Assembly: GCA_965221165.1 (NCBI GenBank)
Contig: CBDCRP010000002.1
Span: forward strand, 800,001 to 864,000
Source of the DNA: a bacterium
Lineage (GTDB): Bacteria > UBA8248
Reading direction: 5' to 3'
Length of the DNA stretch: 64,000 nucleotides
Positions 1-10,513 of this stretch are shown piece after piece. A program made the translations under genes and the position numbers. How positions within the stretch are numbered: the first letter of the stretch is position 1; every line of letters begins with the position of its first letter. The notes under the pieces are model-generated. The model searched no databases. It was not told the DNA's origin and was given only the letters and a program-made list of their open reading frames with translations.

Positions 1-894
1 AAGCCAATCCCCCAGGAGATTGACTCCCAATACGGTCAGTGTGAGGGTCACGCCGGGAAAGAGGGTGAGCCACCAGGCGGTGTCGAGGAAACCGCGGCCC
101 TCGGCGAGCATCCCGCCCCAGGTCGGGGTCGGGGGGGGCACGCCCATGCCCAGGAAGGAAAAAGAGGATTCGATGATGATCATACGGCCCAGATAAATGG
201 TGGCCACCACGATGCAGGAAGAAAATACGTTGGGAAGGAGATAAATGATCATGATCCGGGGGGTGTTGCAGCCGGCGGATTTTGCTCCAGTGACCATGTC
301 GGTATCTTTTAATGCGAAGACCCCTCCCCGTACCACTCTCGTGTAGACGGTCCACGTCCTCAGGGAGATGGCGAGGACGATGTTCTGGAGGCTCGCTCCC
401 AGGATCGCAATGATGGATATCGCGAGCAGGACGAACGGGATCGCGAGGGCGGTGTCTACAATCCTGCTGATCACGGCGTCAATTTTGCCCCCGTAGTAGC
501 CCGCAACGAGTCCCGTTCCTATCCCGATAAAACCGCTTATAAAGACGGCGGCAAAACCCACAGAGAGTGAGACACGCGAGCCCCAGATGATTCGGCTCAA
601 GATGTCGCGCCCGAGCCGGTCCGTGCCGAGCCAATAGGTGTTGCCCGCTTCGTCCACGAAACCCGGGGGCTTCAGGTGACGCAACAGGTCCTGAGACAAA
701 GGGTCATGGGGTGAGAAAAGACCGGGGACGATAGCCCAAAGGATTGTGATGAAAAGGCAAAAAACTCCAAAGAGCGCCGGAGGACGCTTTAAAAGATCGC
801 GCAGCGCCAGTTGTAAATCTGAGGGGCCGCGCTCGTCCAAATCCTGATCGAAGCGGGGGGCGGTGTCAGCGTCCAGGGGTTTGTCCATCGCCAT
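1..894 (-). CDS. Peptide/nickel ABC transporter permease (DppC/OppC family), 3' end runs off window
   Basis: My translation from ATG at 894 (RBS GGAGG upstream): MAMDKP...WLGTDRLGRDILSRIIWGSRVSL...LGMGVPPPTPTWGGML, typical DppC motifs. Open to the window edge. Confidence 0.9.
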   Translation of the reverse strand, partial: MAMDKPLDADTAPRFDQDLDERGPSDLQLALRDLLKRPPALFGVFCLFITILWAIVPGLFSPHDPLSQDLLRHLKPPGFVDEAGNTYWLGTDRLGRDILSRIIWGSRVSLSVGFAAVFISGFIGIGTGLVAGYYGGKIDAVISRIVDTALAIPFVLLAISIIAILGASLQNIVLAISLRTWTVYTRVVRGGVFALKDTDMVTGAKSAGCNTPRIMIIYLLPNVFSSCIVVATIYLGRMIIIESSFSFLGMGVPPPTPTWGGMLAEGRGFLDTAWWLTLFPGVTLTLTVLGVNLLGDWL

Positions 895-914
895 GTTTCT
901 CGCCTCCGCCTGCG

Positions 915-1850
915 CTAATTGTATGTAACGCGCGGATCGAGCCACGCATACATGATGTCCACGGCGAGATTGACGCCCACGAACATGAACGAAAGCAGGG
1001 CCACAGCCGCCTGGACAACCGGATAGTCGTTGACATTGATAGATTCCACCACCAGCCAACCCACCCCTGGCCAGGCAAAGATGACTTCGATGACCACCGT
1101 CCCGCTGAGCAAGCCGCCAAGTTCTAGGCCGATGATGGTGACAACGGGGATTGATGCGTTTTTGAGGGCATGGCGGCCGATGACCAGTGCCTCGGTGATT
1201 CCCTTCGAGCGTGCCGTATTCACGAAGTCCTGGGACATCACCTCAAGCAGTGTCGAGCGCATCATTCGCATGATGCGGGCCGTGGCGTAGAGACCGGCGG
1301 CCAGTCCCGGCAGGATGATGCTCTTCGCCTCCCGGTAGCCCGATGTCGGCAGCCACCCGAGAATTTCAGAGAATAAGATAATAAGCATTAGGCCCAGCCA
1401 GAAGTTGGGGATGGACTGGCCCGCCATCGACAAAACCGAACTGAAATAGTCGATCCAGGTTTTACGGAAAACGGCCGAGCAGATCCCGGTTGGGATGGCG
1501 ATCACAAGCCCCACGAAAAGGGCAAAAACGGCGAGCATTACCGTGGCGGGAATGCGCTCGGTGACAAGGCCCATGGCGGGGACATTGTGGTAGAATGAAT
1601 CTCCGAAATCGCCCCTCAAAACGCCCTTGTTCTTTTTGTGGCCGAACAGGAAATTAAAGTATTGGACGTAGATCGGCTTATCGAAGCCCCTTTCTTTGTT
1701 GAACGCGGCGACTTCTTCTAAGGTGGCTTCATCGGGCATCAGGACGTCGGCCGGGTCCCCTGTCATGTGGAGCATCAAGAAGACGATGAGGAGGACCATC
1801 CACAGGACAATCAAACTCTGCAGTAGACCGCGGATGATATAGGCGCGCAT
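915..1850 (-). CDS. Peptide/nickel ABC transporter permease (DppB/OppB family)
   Basis: MRAYIIRGLL...GDPA...GDFGDSF...DFVNTARSKG...HALKNA...EVIFAWPGVG...DYPVVQA...WLDPRV. Start trimmed from the ORF-track value 2276 to ATG 1850. Confidence 0.92.
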   Translation of the reverse strand: MRAYIIRGLLQSLIVLWMVLLIVFLMLHMTGDPADVLMPDEATLEEVAAFNKERGFDKPIYVQYFNFLFGHKKNKGVLRGDFGDSFYHNVPAMGLVTERIPATVMLAVFALFVGLVIAIPTGICSAVFRKTWIDYFSSVLSMAGQSIPNFWLGLMLIILFSEILGWLPTSGYREAKSIILPGLAAGLYATARIMRMMRSTLLEVMSQDFVNTARSKGITEALVIGRHALKNASIPVVTIIGLELGGLLSGTVVIEVIFAWPGVGWLVVESINVNDYPVVQAAVALLSFMFVGVNLAVDIMYAWLDPRVTYN

Positions 1851-2050
1851 AAAAAATACTACCCTCGTAAATAAAATAGATTCTGCGATGCAAAAGTTAC
1901 CCGGATACTGTGCCGGATCATAAGTGTTCTGCGCATTGATAGAATGAATGATGTACATCTTTTCCGCTGCGGTCAAGACAACTCCGAGCAAGCCTTCCTC
2001 CGAGCCTGCTGACCAGAGCGACCTGGAAGGGCTCGCCGTTACACACCATC

Positions 2051-2316
2051 CGTGTCCATGTGGCCGCCGAAAACGAAGTGGCCGCACGAATCGCCCGTGC
2101 CTCCTCGCCGGCCTGGATGATGAAGTTCGGCCGGCCCGAAACGAATTCGTGGGTTTCGATGCGATCCACACCAGGCGCTTTAAGCTCGCCCATGATTCGC
2201 TCGGCAACCTCCGAGCAATCTCCCGGCGGGTTCTCCGCCGGAATCTGTATCGGTTCTTGCGCCGGTTTGACGACATAATCCCCGTCCACGGGGGCGGGGG
2301 AGATACCTACGGACAT
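2051..2316 (-). pseudogene. N-terminal remnant of M20 family deacylase (ArgE/DapE-like)
   Basis: IQIPAENPPGDCSEVAERIMGEL...GRPNFII in one frame; the metal-binding motif HFVFGGHMDT (2051-2080) lies in another frame. The rest of the gene is not recognisable. Confidence 0.7.
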
Positions 2317-2571
2317 GAAATTTCTCCTTGATTTCCAGTAACTGCTCCCATGAAGTTTTCCTGAAATGGTCGCTACTGAATTCCAAATGGCGGCTATTCG
2401 TGTACTTGACCTCTTCTACATTCTGATACACAATGCTTTGCAAATCATACTTTTAACGGTGCAGAATTTGTGTTACTGCGTGCCTTTGCGTCACCGTTCC
2501 AAGAAACAACGTAACAGATTTCATTTGTGATGAAGAAATTATCACTCTGTCGTTCAAAGGAGGAAAGTGCT

Positions 2572-4126
2572 ATGCGAAAGTGGTTGGTTGCTCTTCTTAT
2601 CATGGCCCTTATCGGCTTCGCCGCTCATCGCGCCGAGGCCTTTAAGGGAACGCTCAGGCTCGCTGTCCATGGACAACCGGCAACCTGGGACCCGGGAAAA
2701 ACGCCCGGTTTCATGGGCACGATGCTGTGGCCGTGGACCTACGATACCCTCGTTCAGGCGGACTTGAAAACGGGCAAGCTCTACGGCTGGCTGGCCGAAA
2801 AATTCGAGCGCGTCAGCGCATCGAAATTTAAATTCACCCTGCGCAAGGGCGCAGTATTCGCCGACGGAACACCAGTCACCTCCGCGGACGTTAAGTTCTC
2901 CCTCCACCGCGTCTGGGAGGACGCAGGCCTGCAGAGTTCGGTGAAGTCCTATTACAAGGACATCAAAGGGGTGGAGATCATCGACGATCGAAACTTCTAC
3001 ATCCACGCAAAAGGCCCGATGAATGACCTGCCGGCCCTGATGCGAACCTGGGGTCACGTCATCAACCGCAAGGCCGTCAAAGGTCTGACATACGCCCAAA
3101 TCGCGACCGGGAGCTATGGCTCGGGCGCCTACGTCCTCAAAGAATGGAAAAAGGGCCAGAGGTTCGTGATGGAAGCGAATCCCCGTTGGTGGGGCAATGA
3201 ATAAATATCCCAACCGGCCCAAGAACCTCATCATTCGCATTATCCGGGAGCCCACGACCCGCGTGAAGGCCCTGACGACCGGCGAAATTGACTTCGCCAT
3301 GAGGGTGGCGCCCCAGTTCATCGAGCAGATCAACGCCAAACCGGGCCTGAAGGTGCTTACCACCCCCAGCATCCGTATCTATTACGTCGGCTACCTGACC
3401 AAGCATGGTGGGCCCATGGGGAACCTCAAGGTTCGCCAGGCGATAAGCCACGCCATTAACACGCCGCTCATCATCAAGACCCTCTTGCAGAACCGTGCCG
3501 ATCCCTGGTTCCAGCTGATCCACCAGGGGATGGCGGCCGGCTACAACCCCAAGATGAAATCGTGGTATCCCTATGACCTGGCCAAGGCGAAGAAGATCTT
3601 GAAGGAATCGGGCTATGGCAAGGGTTTTAAATTGACCATGATCTCCCCACGAAACACGATCCCGGCTGATGTTGAAATGTGTGAGGCGATTGTCAGTATG
3701 GTGCAAAAAATTGGTGTTGACGCAAAATGCCAAGCCTCCTCGAAAAGGGTCTGGAGAGGCAGGTTCAAGAAATACGCGAAGGGTACGTTAAAAGGAAACA
3801 TGATGTTTATTTCCAGTTACGGCAACCAGGGCGGCATACCGGGCAACAGCTTCCGCGGCGTCATGTCCTGCGGCGGAAAATGGAGCCCTCATTGTTACAA
3901 GGAATATGAAACGATGATCGACAAGGCTTTAAGGACCGCCGACTCGGCCCTTCAGCAGAAGCGGCTCGAGGAGGCAAACTGGTTCATGCACAATAATGCC
4001 ACTCACAAGCCTATCGCCAAGAGCCATGATGTGTACGGCGTAAACACGAAGGTTCTTGACTACAAGATGCGCTACGATGAGATGACACTGCCCTGGAGCT
4101 TCGTGATGAAGACTCCTGGTTCATGA
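2572..4126 (+). pseudogene. ABC transporter substrate-binding protein (family 5, DppA/OppA-like), split by a frameshift near 3200
   Basis: ORF 2572-3204 (signal peptide, FTLRKGAVFADGTPVTSADVKFS, GSGAYVL..W..GQRFVMEANPRWWG) continues as 3197-4126 (VRQAISHAIN). Removing one base in GGC AAT GAA T AAA TAT restores a single ~517 aa protein. RBS AGGAGG before 2572. Confidence 0.85.
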
Positions 4127-4160
4127 TGAAGTAAGGAGGCGGTTCGCAACACGGGATCAT

Positions 4161-4200
4161 GGCGCGGGGGGCGCGAGCCCCCCGCGCCTTTTCTGTTGTT
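4161..4200 (+). terminator. Rho-independent terminator
   Basis: GGCGCGGGGGGC-GCGA-GCCCCCCGCGCC 12-bp stem with a GNRA loop, followed by TTTTCTGTTGTT, just downstream of the SBP gene. Confidence 0.85.
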
Positions 4201-4263
4201 TGCAGCCTGCCGGAGGTGGAATTCGGCAGAGGGCAATCGTTATTACATTAAAAAGGAGAAACC

Positions 4264-5262
4264 GTGGCTGAAGACAAGGTGCGTCTGGCGTCGGTAGGTC
4301 TTGGCGGGTGGGGGGCTATGCTGGCGGGTTCGGTGGACCGCAGCGGCGCGGCCGAGGTGGTCAGCTGTTTCGCGCGGAGCGAGGAAGGACGCGAGTCGTT
4401 CGCGGAAAAGGTCGGTTGCCGCAAGGCGGCAAGTCTGGACGAATTGCTGAGCGATTCCGAGGTGGAAGGGATCCTGCTGGCCACCCCACACTCCACCCAC
4501 GTGGATATCATTTGCCAGGCGGCTTCCGCAGGAAAACACGTGTTTGTCGAAAAACCTCTCACGCTGACCGCCGCCGACGGGCGCAAGGCCTACGAGGCGA
4601 CACGAAAGGCGGGCGTCGCCCTCCAGATCGGCCATAATCGCCGCAAGCAGGGGGGTAACCGCCGCCTCCGCGAGATGATCGACAACGGTGAGATGGGGAT
4701 GATCCATCAGGTGGAGGGAAACCTCTCTCTGGCCGGGGGACAGAACCCTCGCCAGGGCTGGCGGAACGACACCGCCGAATGCCCGGCCGGCGCCATGACG
4801 GCTCTGGGCGTCCACATGGTGGATAACCTGCACTATCTGGCAGGTCCCGTGAAGCGGCTTAGCGCGTTCAGCAAAAAGCTCCTTGGAAAGGGAAATATCA
4901 ACGATGTAACGTCCATCATTCTCGAATTCGAGAGCGGCCCGCTCGGCTTCATCAATTCGACCTTCGTAATACCGAAGATCTGCTCGAACGCCGTCTTCGG
5001 CACCCAGGCCAACGCCTGGACCGAGGAGGAAGGCTCGAAACTCTACTTCCAGAAGGTGGACCAGCAGGCGCGCGAGGAACTTCCCTGCGAGCCGGGCGAT
5101 TGCATGGCCGAGCAGATGGCGGAATTCGCCAAATGCATCCGCGAAGGGGCCAAGCCCGAGGTAAGCGGCCCGGAGGGCATTGAGGTCGTGGCCGTCCTGG
5201 AGGCCGTCGTTGAGAGCGCGGACACGGGCCGGGCGGTCGAGGTTTCCAAGTTTCGAAGTTAG
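4264..5262 (+). CDS. Gfo/Idh/MocA family oxidoreductase
   Basis: GLGGWG Rossmann motif, ATPHSTH, AGKHVFVEKP, GHNRR, LGVHMVD; RBS AGGAG. Confidence 0.92.
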   Translation: MAEDKVRLASVGLGGWGAMLAGSVDRSGAAEVVSCFARSEEGRESFAEKVGCRKAASLDELLSDSEVEGILLATPHSTHVDIICQAASAGKHVFVEKPLTLTAADGRKAYEATRKAGVALQIGHNRRKQGGNRRLREMIDNGEMGMIHQVEGNLSLAGGQNPRQGWRNDTAECPAGAMTALGVHMVDNLHYLAGPVKRLSAFSKKLLGKGNINDVTSIILEFESGPLGFINSTFVIPKICSNAVFGTQANAWTEEEGSKLYFQKVDQQAREELPCEPGDCMAEQMAEFAKCIREGAKPEVSGPEGIEVVAVLEAVVESADTGRAVEVSKFRS

Positions 5263-5327
5263 GATACATAGCTTGGGGATATTTCATCACCTTCGTTTCC
5301 ATCTTTCAATAAACGGGTGGCGAATTC

Positions 5328-5529
5328 ATGCCTGAAATGGTAATTGTCGATCGCTCTCAGCCTAAGGAAGACGCCCTCGCCAAGGCGGTAGGGGACGCCA
5401 TTTACGGTGATTATCCGCATCTGCCGGGCGAGCCACGACGTCGGCCAGGCCATCGGCGCCCGCATCACCCGCATGCCCGCCACCCCTGAACACGCGCTCG
5501 AGGTTCCAGGCAAGTTGATGGGGAATTAA
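5328..5529 (+). pseudogene. Internally deleted remnant of xanthine dehydrogenase/CoxL-family molybdopterin-binding subunit
   Basis: MPEMVIVDRSQPKEDALAKAVGDAIYGDYPHLPG resembles the family N-terminus. It is followed in another frame by VGQAIGARITRMPATPEHALEV, which resembles the family C-terminus. Confidence 0.6.
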
Positions 5530-5626
5530 ATTCGTTCTCCAATTCTTTGCCGGCACGCCCTCGGTTGCCGCGCAAGTTTCCGATAATCGGAGGACTCTCA
5601 TTTTTTTTTGATCACAGGAGAAAATC

Positions 5627-6502
5627 ATGGGTGAAAAGCTGGGAATGATCGGACTGGGAAAGATGGGACTCCCGCTCTCGCGGCAGATGATGGCGGACGG
5701 CCACGAGATCGTCGGCTACGACATCGACCCCGTGCGGATGAGGATGCTGGAGGAGGAAGGCGGACGCCCCGCCGCTTCGGCGAAGGAAGTGGCCGAGCAA
5801 AGCGACATCACTTTCAGCATTCTCTTGCAACCCGAGCACATCGAGGAAAACGCGTTCGGCCCGAAAGGCATCGTCGCTGCCGGAAAGAAGGGCCTCGTTC
5901 ACGTCGAAATGAGCACCATGGAGCCCTCCTTTCAGGCCGATCTTGCTGCGCGGCTCGCCGCCGAGGGCATTGAGATGTTGGATGCGCCGATATCGGGTTC
6001 CCACAACAGGGTCGATACACGAACCATTTCCTTCATGGTGGGCGGCAAAAAAGAAGTCTTCGAGCGGGTAAGGCCGATTCTCGATCCGCTGGCGGCGGAT
6101 GCGGCCCACACCGGCCCGAGCGGAACCGGGGCCACCATGAAAGTCGTGACCAACCTTTTCGTAAACTCGTGCACGGCGCTGTTTGCCGAGCTGATCGTGG
6201 TGGGCGAGCGCGCGGGGCTCTCGCACGAGATCATGAAGCATTGCCTCTCGAAGGGCTCCGTGCAAGGTTCCATGCTTTCACAGACTGCCCCTAGAATGTT
6301 CGAGAGAGATTTCGCCCCGCGCGGGGCGGTGGAAATATTCGTGAAGGACATGGGCCTCGCGATCAAGCTTGCCGAGGAACTCGGGGTCGAACTCGCCGTG
6401 GTTCCCGCGGCGCGCAAGATGTTTGAGCGGGCCGAGGCCGCCGGCTGGGGCAAAGACGACGCCAGCCGCGTCATCGAGGTGTACGAAGGGAAGGATATGT
6501 AA
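5627..6502 (+). CDS. NAD(P)-dependent beta-hydroxyacid dehydrogenase (3-hydroxyisobutyrate dehydrogenase / GarR family)
   Basis: IGLGKMG, LDAPISG, FMVGG, GTGATMKVVTN, FVKDMGLA. Confidence 0.9.
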   Translation: MGEKLGMIGLGKMGLPLSRQMMADGHEIVGYDIDPVRMRMLEEEGGRPAASAKEVAEQSDITFSILLQPEHIEENAFGPKGIVAAGKKGLVHVEMSTMEPSFQADLAARLAAEGIEMLDAPISGSHNRVDTRTISFMVGGKKEVFERVRPILDPLAADAAHTGPSGTGATMKVVTNLFVNSCTALFAELIVVGERAGLSHEIMKHCLSKGSVQGSMLSQTAPRMFERDFAPRGAVEIFVKDMGLAIKLAEELGVELAVVPAARKMFERAEAAGWGKDDASRVIEVYEGKDM

Positions 6503-6823
6503 TGGCCCTTCGGCAGTGGAAGGTCGGCGCCTGAGGGCGGTCTCGTTAAATATTTACGTTATCGGAAAATCGGGTATTTCCATTTCAATCGATGGGAACC
6601 ACAATACTCCTCCCTTTTCTTATGCCTACATTCCCCATTTGTTTTTTTGGATGACTTCATTATAGTCGTAAACTGCATATTCAGACCACAAAGAAGATAT
6701 GTGCGATCGGCTCCGGTTCCAAACGGCAATGGATTCATCCAGCGAACCGGATAGGAAACGTCGGGTAATTCCAACATCAAGCACACACGGGAAATTTGAT
6801 TTTCATAAGATTGCGGGAAAAAT

Positions 6824-8002
6824 ATGGGTATTGCCGATATCAAGGTGGAAGGACATTGCCGTGCCGATTTTTCATTGGTGGAAGAAACGTTTCGAGAAAA
6901 TTTCGCCGGTCGGGGCGAGATCGGAGCCGCAGTCTGTGTGTACAAGGACGGCGAGAAAGTCGTGGACCTCTGGGGAGGCCACCGGGACGAGTCTCGCACC
7001 CGGCCCTGGACGGAAGATACCATCACACTCATGAGTTCCATCGCCAAGAGCATGGCCGCGCTCTCAATCCACATTCTCGTGGATCGGGGTCAGGTTTCGC
7101 TGGACGAACCGGTGGCGCGGTATTGGCCGGAATTCGCCCAGAACGGCAAGGAAAACATTCTCCTCCGGCACACCATCAGTCATCAGTGCGGCGTCATCTT
7201 CAGCGACGCCGCGGGGCCCGGAGATTTTTTCAATTTCCCGGCTCAGGTGGCCGCGATCGCCGCGCAGGAACCCGCCTGGCCCGCGGGCTCGAAGGGAGCA
7301 TACAATTCCATCAACTTCGGGTTCATCCACGGCGAGATCGTCCGCCGGGTCAGCGGCAAGCGAATCCGCGACTTCATCCGGGAGGAGATCACGGGTCCGC
7401 TCGGCGCGGATTACAACGTCGGGCTCAACAAGGAAGAACTCGCGCGGGTCGCGCCCATGCACCGAAATCCCGAAAACAAATTCTGGCAGATGGGAGAAAA
7501 GCCCGGGACGCTGCTGCACAGGGCGTGGCGGAGCCAGCCGGTGGGCGTCGATCTGTTGAATTGCCGTGAAAACCGGGAGGGCGAGAACCCTTCCTCGGGC
7601 GGCCACGGAAATGCCCGCGGCATCGCCCGCGTGTACGCGATGCTGGCCAACAATGGAGAAATTGACGGTGTCCGCCTGCTTGAGCCCGAAACGGTGGAAC
7701 GACTTTCCAAACTTCAGTGGGAGGGCATCTGCGGTATGACCGGCTCAGCTTGGCGAATGGGCCTCGGATTCATGCACAACTCCCCGCCCAGAACACCTAT
7801 GGGAAGCAACATCAAGGCCTTCGGTCACGCCGGCTCCGGCGGGGCGCTTACGTTCTGTGACAGGGAAAGGAACATGGCATTCGGCTTCTGCACCAACTTT
7901 CAGCCCGAGGGAATGCCCCCCGGAATTCGCCCCCGCTCCCTGGTCGCAGCCGCCTTTGGAGATGCGCTGGATCGGAAACCCGAGGCGCCGGCGGAGACCT
8001 AG
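6824..8002 (+). CDS. Serine hydrolase, beta-lactamase-like esterase family
   Basis: GAAVCVYKDGEKVVDLWGG, SxxK (SIAK), PVARYWPEF, YNS, FGHAGSGG. Confidence 0.9.
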   Translation: MGIADIKVEGHCRADFSLVEETFRENFAGRGEIGAAVCVYKDGEKVVDLWGGHRDESRTRPWTEDTITLMSSIAKSMAALSIHILVDRGQVSLDEPVARYWPEFAQNGKENILLRHTISHQCGVIFSDAAGPGDFFNFPAQVAAIAAQEPAWPAGSKGAYNSINFGFIHGEIVRRVSGKRIRDFIREEITGPLGADYNVGLNKEELARVAPMHRNPENKFWQMGEKPGTLLHRAWRSQPVGVDLLNCRENREGENPSSGGHGNARGIARVYAMLANNGEIDGVRLLEPETVERLSKLQWEGICGMTGSAWRMGLGFMHNSPPRTPMGSNIKAFGHAGSGGALTFCDRERNMAFGFCTNFQPEGMPPGIRPRSLVAAAFGDALDRKPEAPAET

Positions 8003-8391
8003 CCTGCCTACCGAAGCCTGGTGTTCGTGTAATCCGTAAAAATTAAATCCCACACGAAATCAATGCTTTCAGCGTCCGATGAATCGTACATTCAGCCGGA
8101 AATTTCAAATTCTATTGTGGGTTTCGCCACGGCTCCTCCCCGCCGAGCAGACTTCCTCACCCTTTCAATCTACGTGGGATCCACTTTTTGCGGAGCACAG
8201 CCATTCTCGAAGACAGGCGCCCACCCGAACTCACCGGAGTCCGTTTCATGCGGGACACCCGCTTCCCGCCGGATTGGGAAGAGCAGCGCCGCGCCATGCG
8301 GGCGTTGCGGAATAATCTGTGATGCCGAAAGGCGTTGCGCACTGGAAAAATTCGCGCCGGTTCATCTGATGTTGAGCCGTATCACTAAAGG

Positions 8392-8722
8392 TGTACCGAG
8401 ACGGTAATCACCTAACCGTTTGACCGTCGGATCGGGACCGCGCGTCGGGCTCGACGACGGTGGCTACGCCGTTCCCGGGAGGGGTGAGGATCGTTTTTGC
8501 ACAAACATCCAACCTTTCAGGAAACCGACATGCCCCTGGGCCAAGATAGCACGACGTAAGCCGAGCCTCCTGGAACTCGCCAACGAGATGAGCAACGTCT
8601 CCAAGGTGTGCCGGGTCATGGGCTATCCGCGCCGGCAGTCCTATGAGATCCGCAGGAACTCCCAGACCTATGGTTCAGAAGGACTTATCGGCCGGGACCC
8701 GCCGGGATGCGCGGGATTTTAA
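8392..8722 (+). mobile_element. Truncated IS481-family insertion sequence (left end plus transposase N-terminal fragment)
   Basis: KIARRKPSLLELANEMSNVSKVCRVMGYPRRQSYEIRRNSQTYGSEGLI resembles the IS481-type HTH N-terminus and is out of frame with ATG 8530. A TGT-initiated end, TGTACCGAGACGGTAATCACCT, starts at 8392. Confidence 0.75.
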
Positions 8723-8856
8723 TGAATCCGTTTGCGTTTTGATTACAAGATGTAGAAGACGGGTTCCGAACGGGATTGTAAATAATGATTATATCCCAAT
8801 AATATCAATAAGATAATAGGATTTTACGGCCGATGAAAACGGCTCGATGTTTCTAA

Positions 8857-8930
8857 GGAGCGATTGCGGTTTCCCGACCGATGAGGGTCAATCGCGACTG
8901 ATGAGGGAGCGATTGCGGTTTCCCGACCGA
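8857..8930. repeat. 25-bp direct repeat (x2, 49-bp period) containing a hairpin motif
   Basis: GGAGCGATTGCGGTTTCCCGACCGA at 8857-8881 and 8906-8930. Confidence 0.9.
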
Positions 8931-9152
8931 GGAAGGTCGAGATCATTTGAACCGCGCGCATTCGCATCAAAAGCTATTCGGTGGGAAAATAACTCATAAG
9001 TCTCACGGAACTTGCACGAAGGCCGGGAGGGGCGCCTGAATTTCGGTATCCCGATTCGGGTGCGCATCGAGGGAGCGTCCATCGGGGTTCGGCGAACGCC
9101 CGCTCTCAGGCTTCGCGTTTTTTCATCCCGCCGCATGTATGGAGGAACTCAA

Positions 9153-9620
9153 ATGTCAGAAGATCATCATCATTTCATGGGGTTGACGCTCGAGGAATCA
9201 CGTCTTGCGCTCGAGGCGGGGAACTCTCCCGTCGGCTCTGTCATCGTCAGAGATGGAGAAATCATCGGCAGGGGACAAAATCGCGTCAACTCTCACGCCG
9301 ACCCCACCTGCCACGGCGAGACCGACGCCATTCGAAACGCATGCCGGGCACTGGGCACTCCCGACCTCTCCGGCTCGACGCTCTACACGGCGATGGAGCC
9401 CTGCCCGATGTGCTGCTGGTCAATCGTCCTGGCGAATATCGAAACGCTCGTCCTGGGCGCGCGCCATGCCGAGATGGGGCGAACCGACTATGGAGACTAT
9501 TCCGTCGAAAAACTCCTGGCCATGGGGAATCAAACCATCGAGCTCGTCACGGGGGTTCGGGTGGCCGAATGCGAGGCCCTCAGGCGCAGTTGGTCGGGGT
9601 GGGTGGAGCCCAAACCGTAG
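9153..9620 (+). CDS. Nucleoside deaminase (cytidine/guanine/TadA-like Zn deaminase family)
   Basis: PVGSVIV, DPTCHGE, LYTAMEPCPMC; RBS GGAGG before ATG 9153. Confidence 0.9.
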   Translation: MSEDHHHFMGLTLEESRLALEAGNSPVGSVIVRDGEIIGRGQNRVNSHADPTCHGETDAIRNACRALGTPDLSGSTLYTAMEPCPMCCWSIVLANIETLVLGARHAEMGRTDYGDYSVEKLLAMGNQTIELVTGVRVAECEALRRSWSGWVEPKP

Positions 9621-9657
9621 CCACCGGGCCGTCGAGAGAAAATGAGGAGAAAAAATC

Positions 9658-10482
9658 ATGAGCCGCTGGATACAGGAACTGACCTGGCCGGACGTGGAAG
9701 AATACCTCGGACGTGGGGATACGGTGCTCGTACCCGTGGGCGCCACGGAGCAGCACGGGCCCCATTGCCCCATCGGAACGGATGCGGCCGAGGCCATTGC
9801 GACCGCCGGGGAGGTGGCCGAGCGGGCGGACGCCCTGATCGCCTCTCCCCTGTGGTTCGGGTGGTCGCCTCATCATCTCGCGTTTCCGGGAACGATATCC
9901 CTCGCCGCGGAGACGTTGACGCGCGTCGTCGAGGACGTATGCAACAGCCTCGTCATTCATGGCTTCAAGCATATCGTGATCTTAAACGGGCACCGGGTCG
10001 CGAATCTCCCACCGCTCGAGATTGCCGTCGTGCGGGTCAGGAACTTAACGGGTGCGGCCGTCGCCGTCGTGGACCTCGCGCTCATCGCCGGGAAGGAGAT
10101 TCGCGCCGCCTGCGAGAGTCCCCCGGGAGGAGTGGGCCACGGATGCGAATCCGAGACCTCTTTCATGCTTTACAAGTATAGGGATCAGGTCAGGATGGAG
10201 CGCGCGGTGGACTGGGTTCCCGAGGTGGGCGATTTCGAACACCGCTTCGTCTCCGTGGACCACGCCGTCAACCGGGTCGAAAATCCAAAACTCTCCTTTC
10301 CGCCGACGATGGAGGAATACGGGCGGAACCGGGAAGCGATGGGAGTCGGCGGAGCGGCCACCCTGGCATCGGCGGAAAAAGGAGAGAAAATTTTCGAGGC
10401 CATCGCGGCGAACACGACGAAATTCGTAAAAACCTTTCAAAACGTGTCCGTCTCCATCAAGGCGACCGCCCCGCCCCTTTAG
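9658..10482 (+). CDS. Creatininase family amidohydrolase
   Basis: VPVGATEQHGPHCPIGTD, SPHHLAFPGTI, ILNGH, GHGCESETS. Confidence 0.92.
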   Translation: MSRWIQELTWPDVEEYLGRGDTVLVPVGATEQHGPHCPIGTDAAEAIATAGEVAERADALIASPLWFGWSPHHLAFPGTISLAAETLTRVVEDVCNSLVIHGFKHIVILNGHRVANLPPLEIAVVRVRNLTGAAVAVVDLALIAGKEIRAACESPPGGVGHGCESETSFMLYKYRDQVRMERAVDWVPEVGDFEHRFVSVDHAVNRVENPKLSFPPTMEEYGRNREAMGVGGAATLASAEKGEKIFEAIAANTTKFVKTFQNVSVSIKATAPPL

Positions 10483-10513
10483 AGCGGAGGAGTCCATCTT
10501 CGGTTCATGGGCC

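Noticed and set aside
1851-2276. N-terminal extension of the 453-aa permease ORF
   Set aside because: Arg-rich read-through across the M20 remnant; DppB similarity starts at ATG 1850.
5550-5570. Sigma-54-like GGCACG...TTGC
   Set aside because: Spacing between the GG and GC elements is 3 nt too long.
6824-8002. Beta-lactam resistance gene
   Set aside because: No signal peptide, and the VVDLWGG/YWPEF motifs point to the cytoplasmic esterase branch.
8857-8930. Two 25-bp repeats with a 24-bp gap resembling a mini-CRISPR
   Set aside because: Only two copies, no cas genes, and the gap sequence pairs with the repeat and largely recurs at 13251, so it is not a unique spacer.
8896-8935. CTGATGA resembling a hammerhead ribozyme core (also at 13262)
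   Set aside because: The required GAAA after stem II is absent (GACC follows), and the 10622 copy has CTGAGAA.
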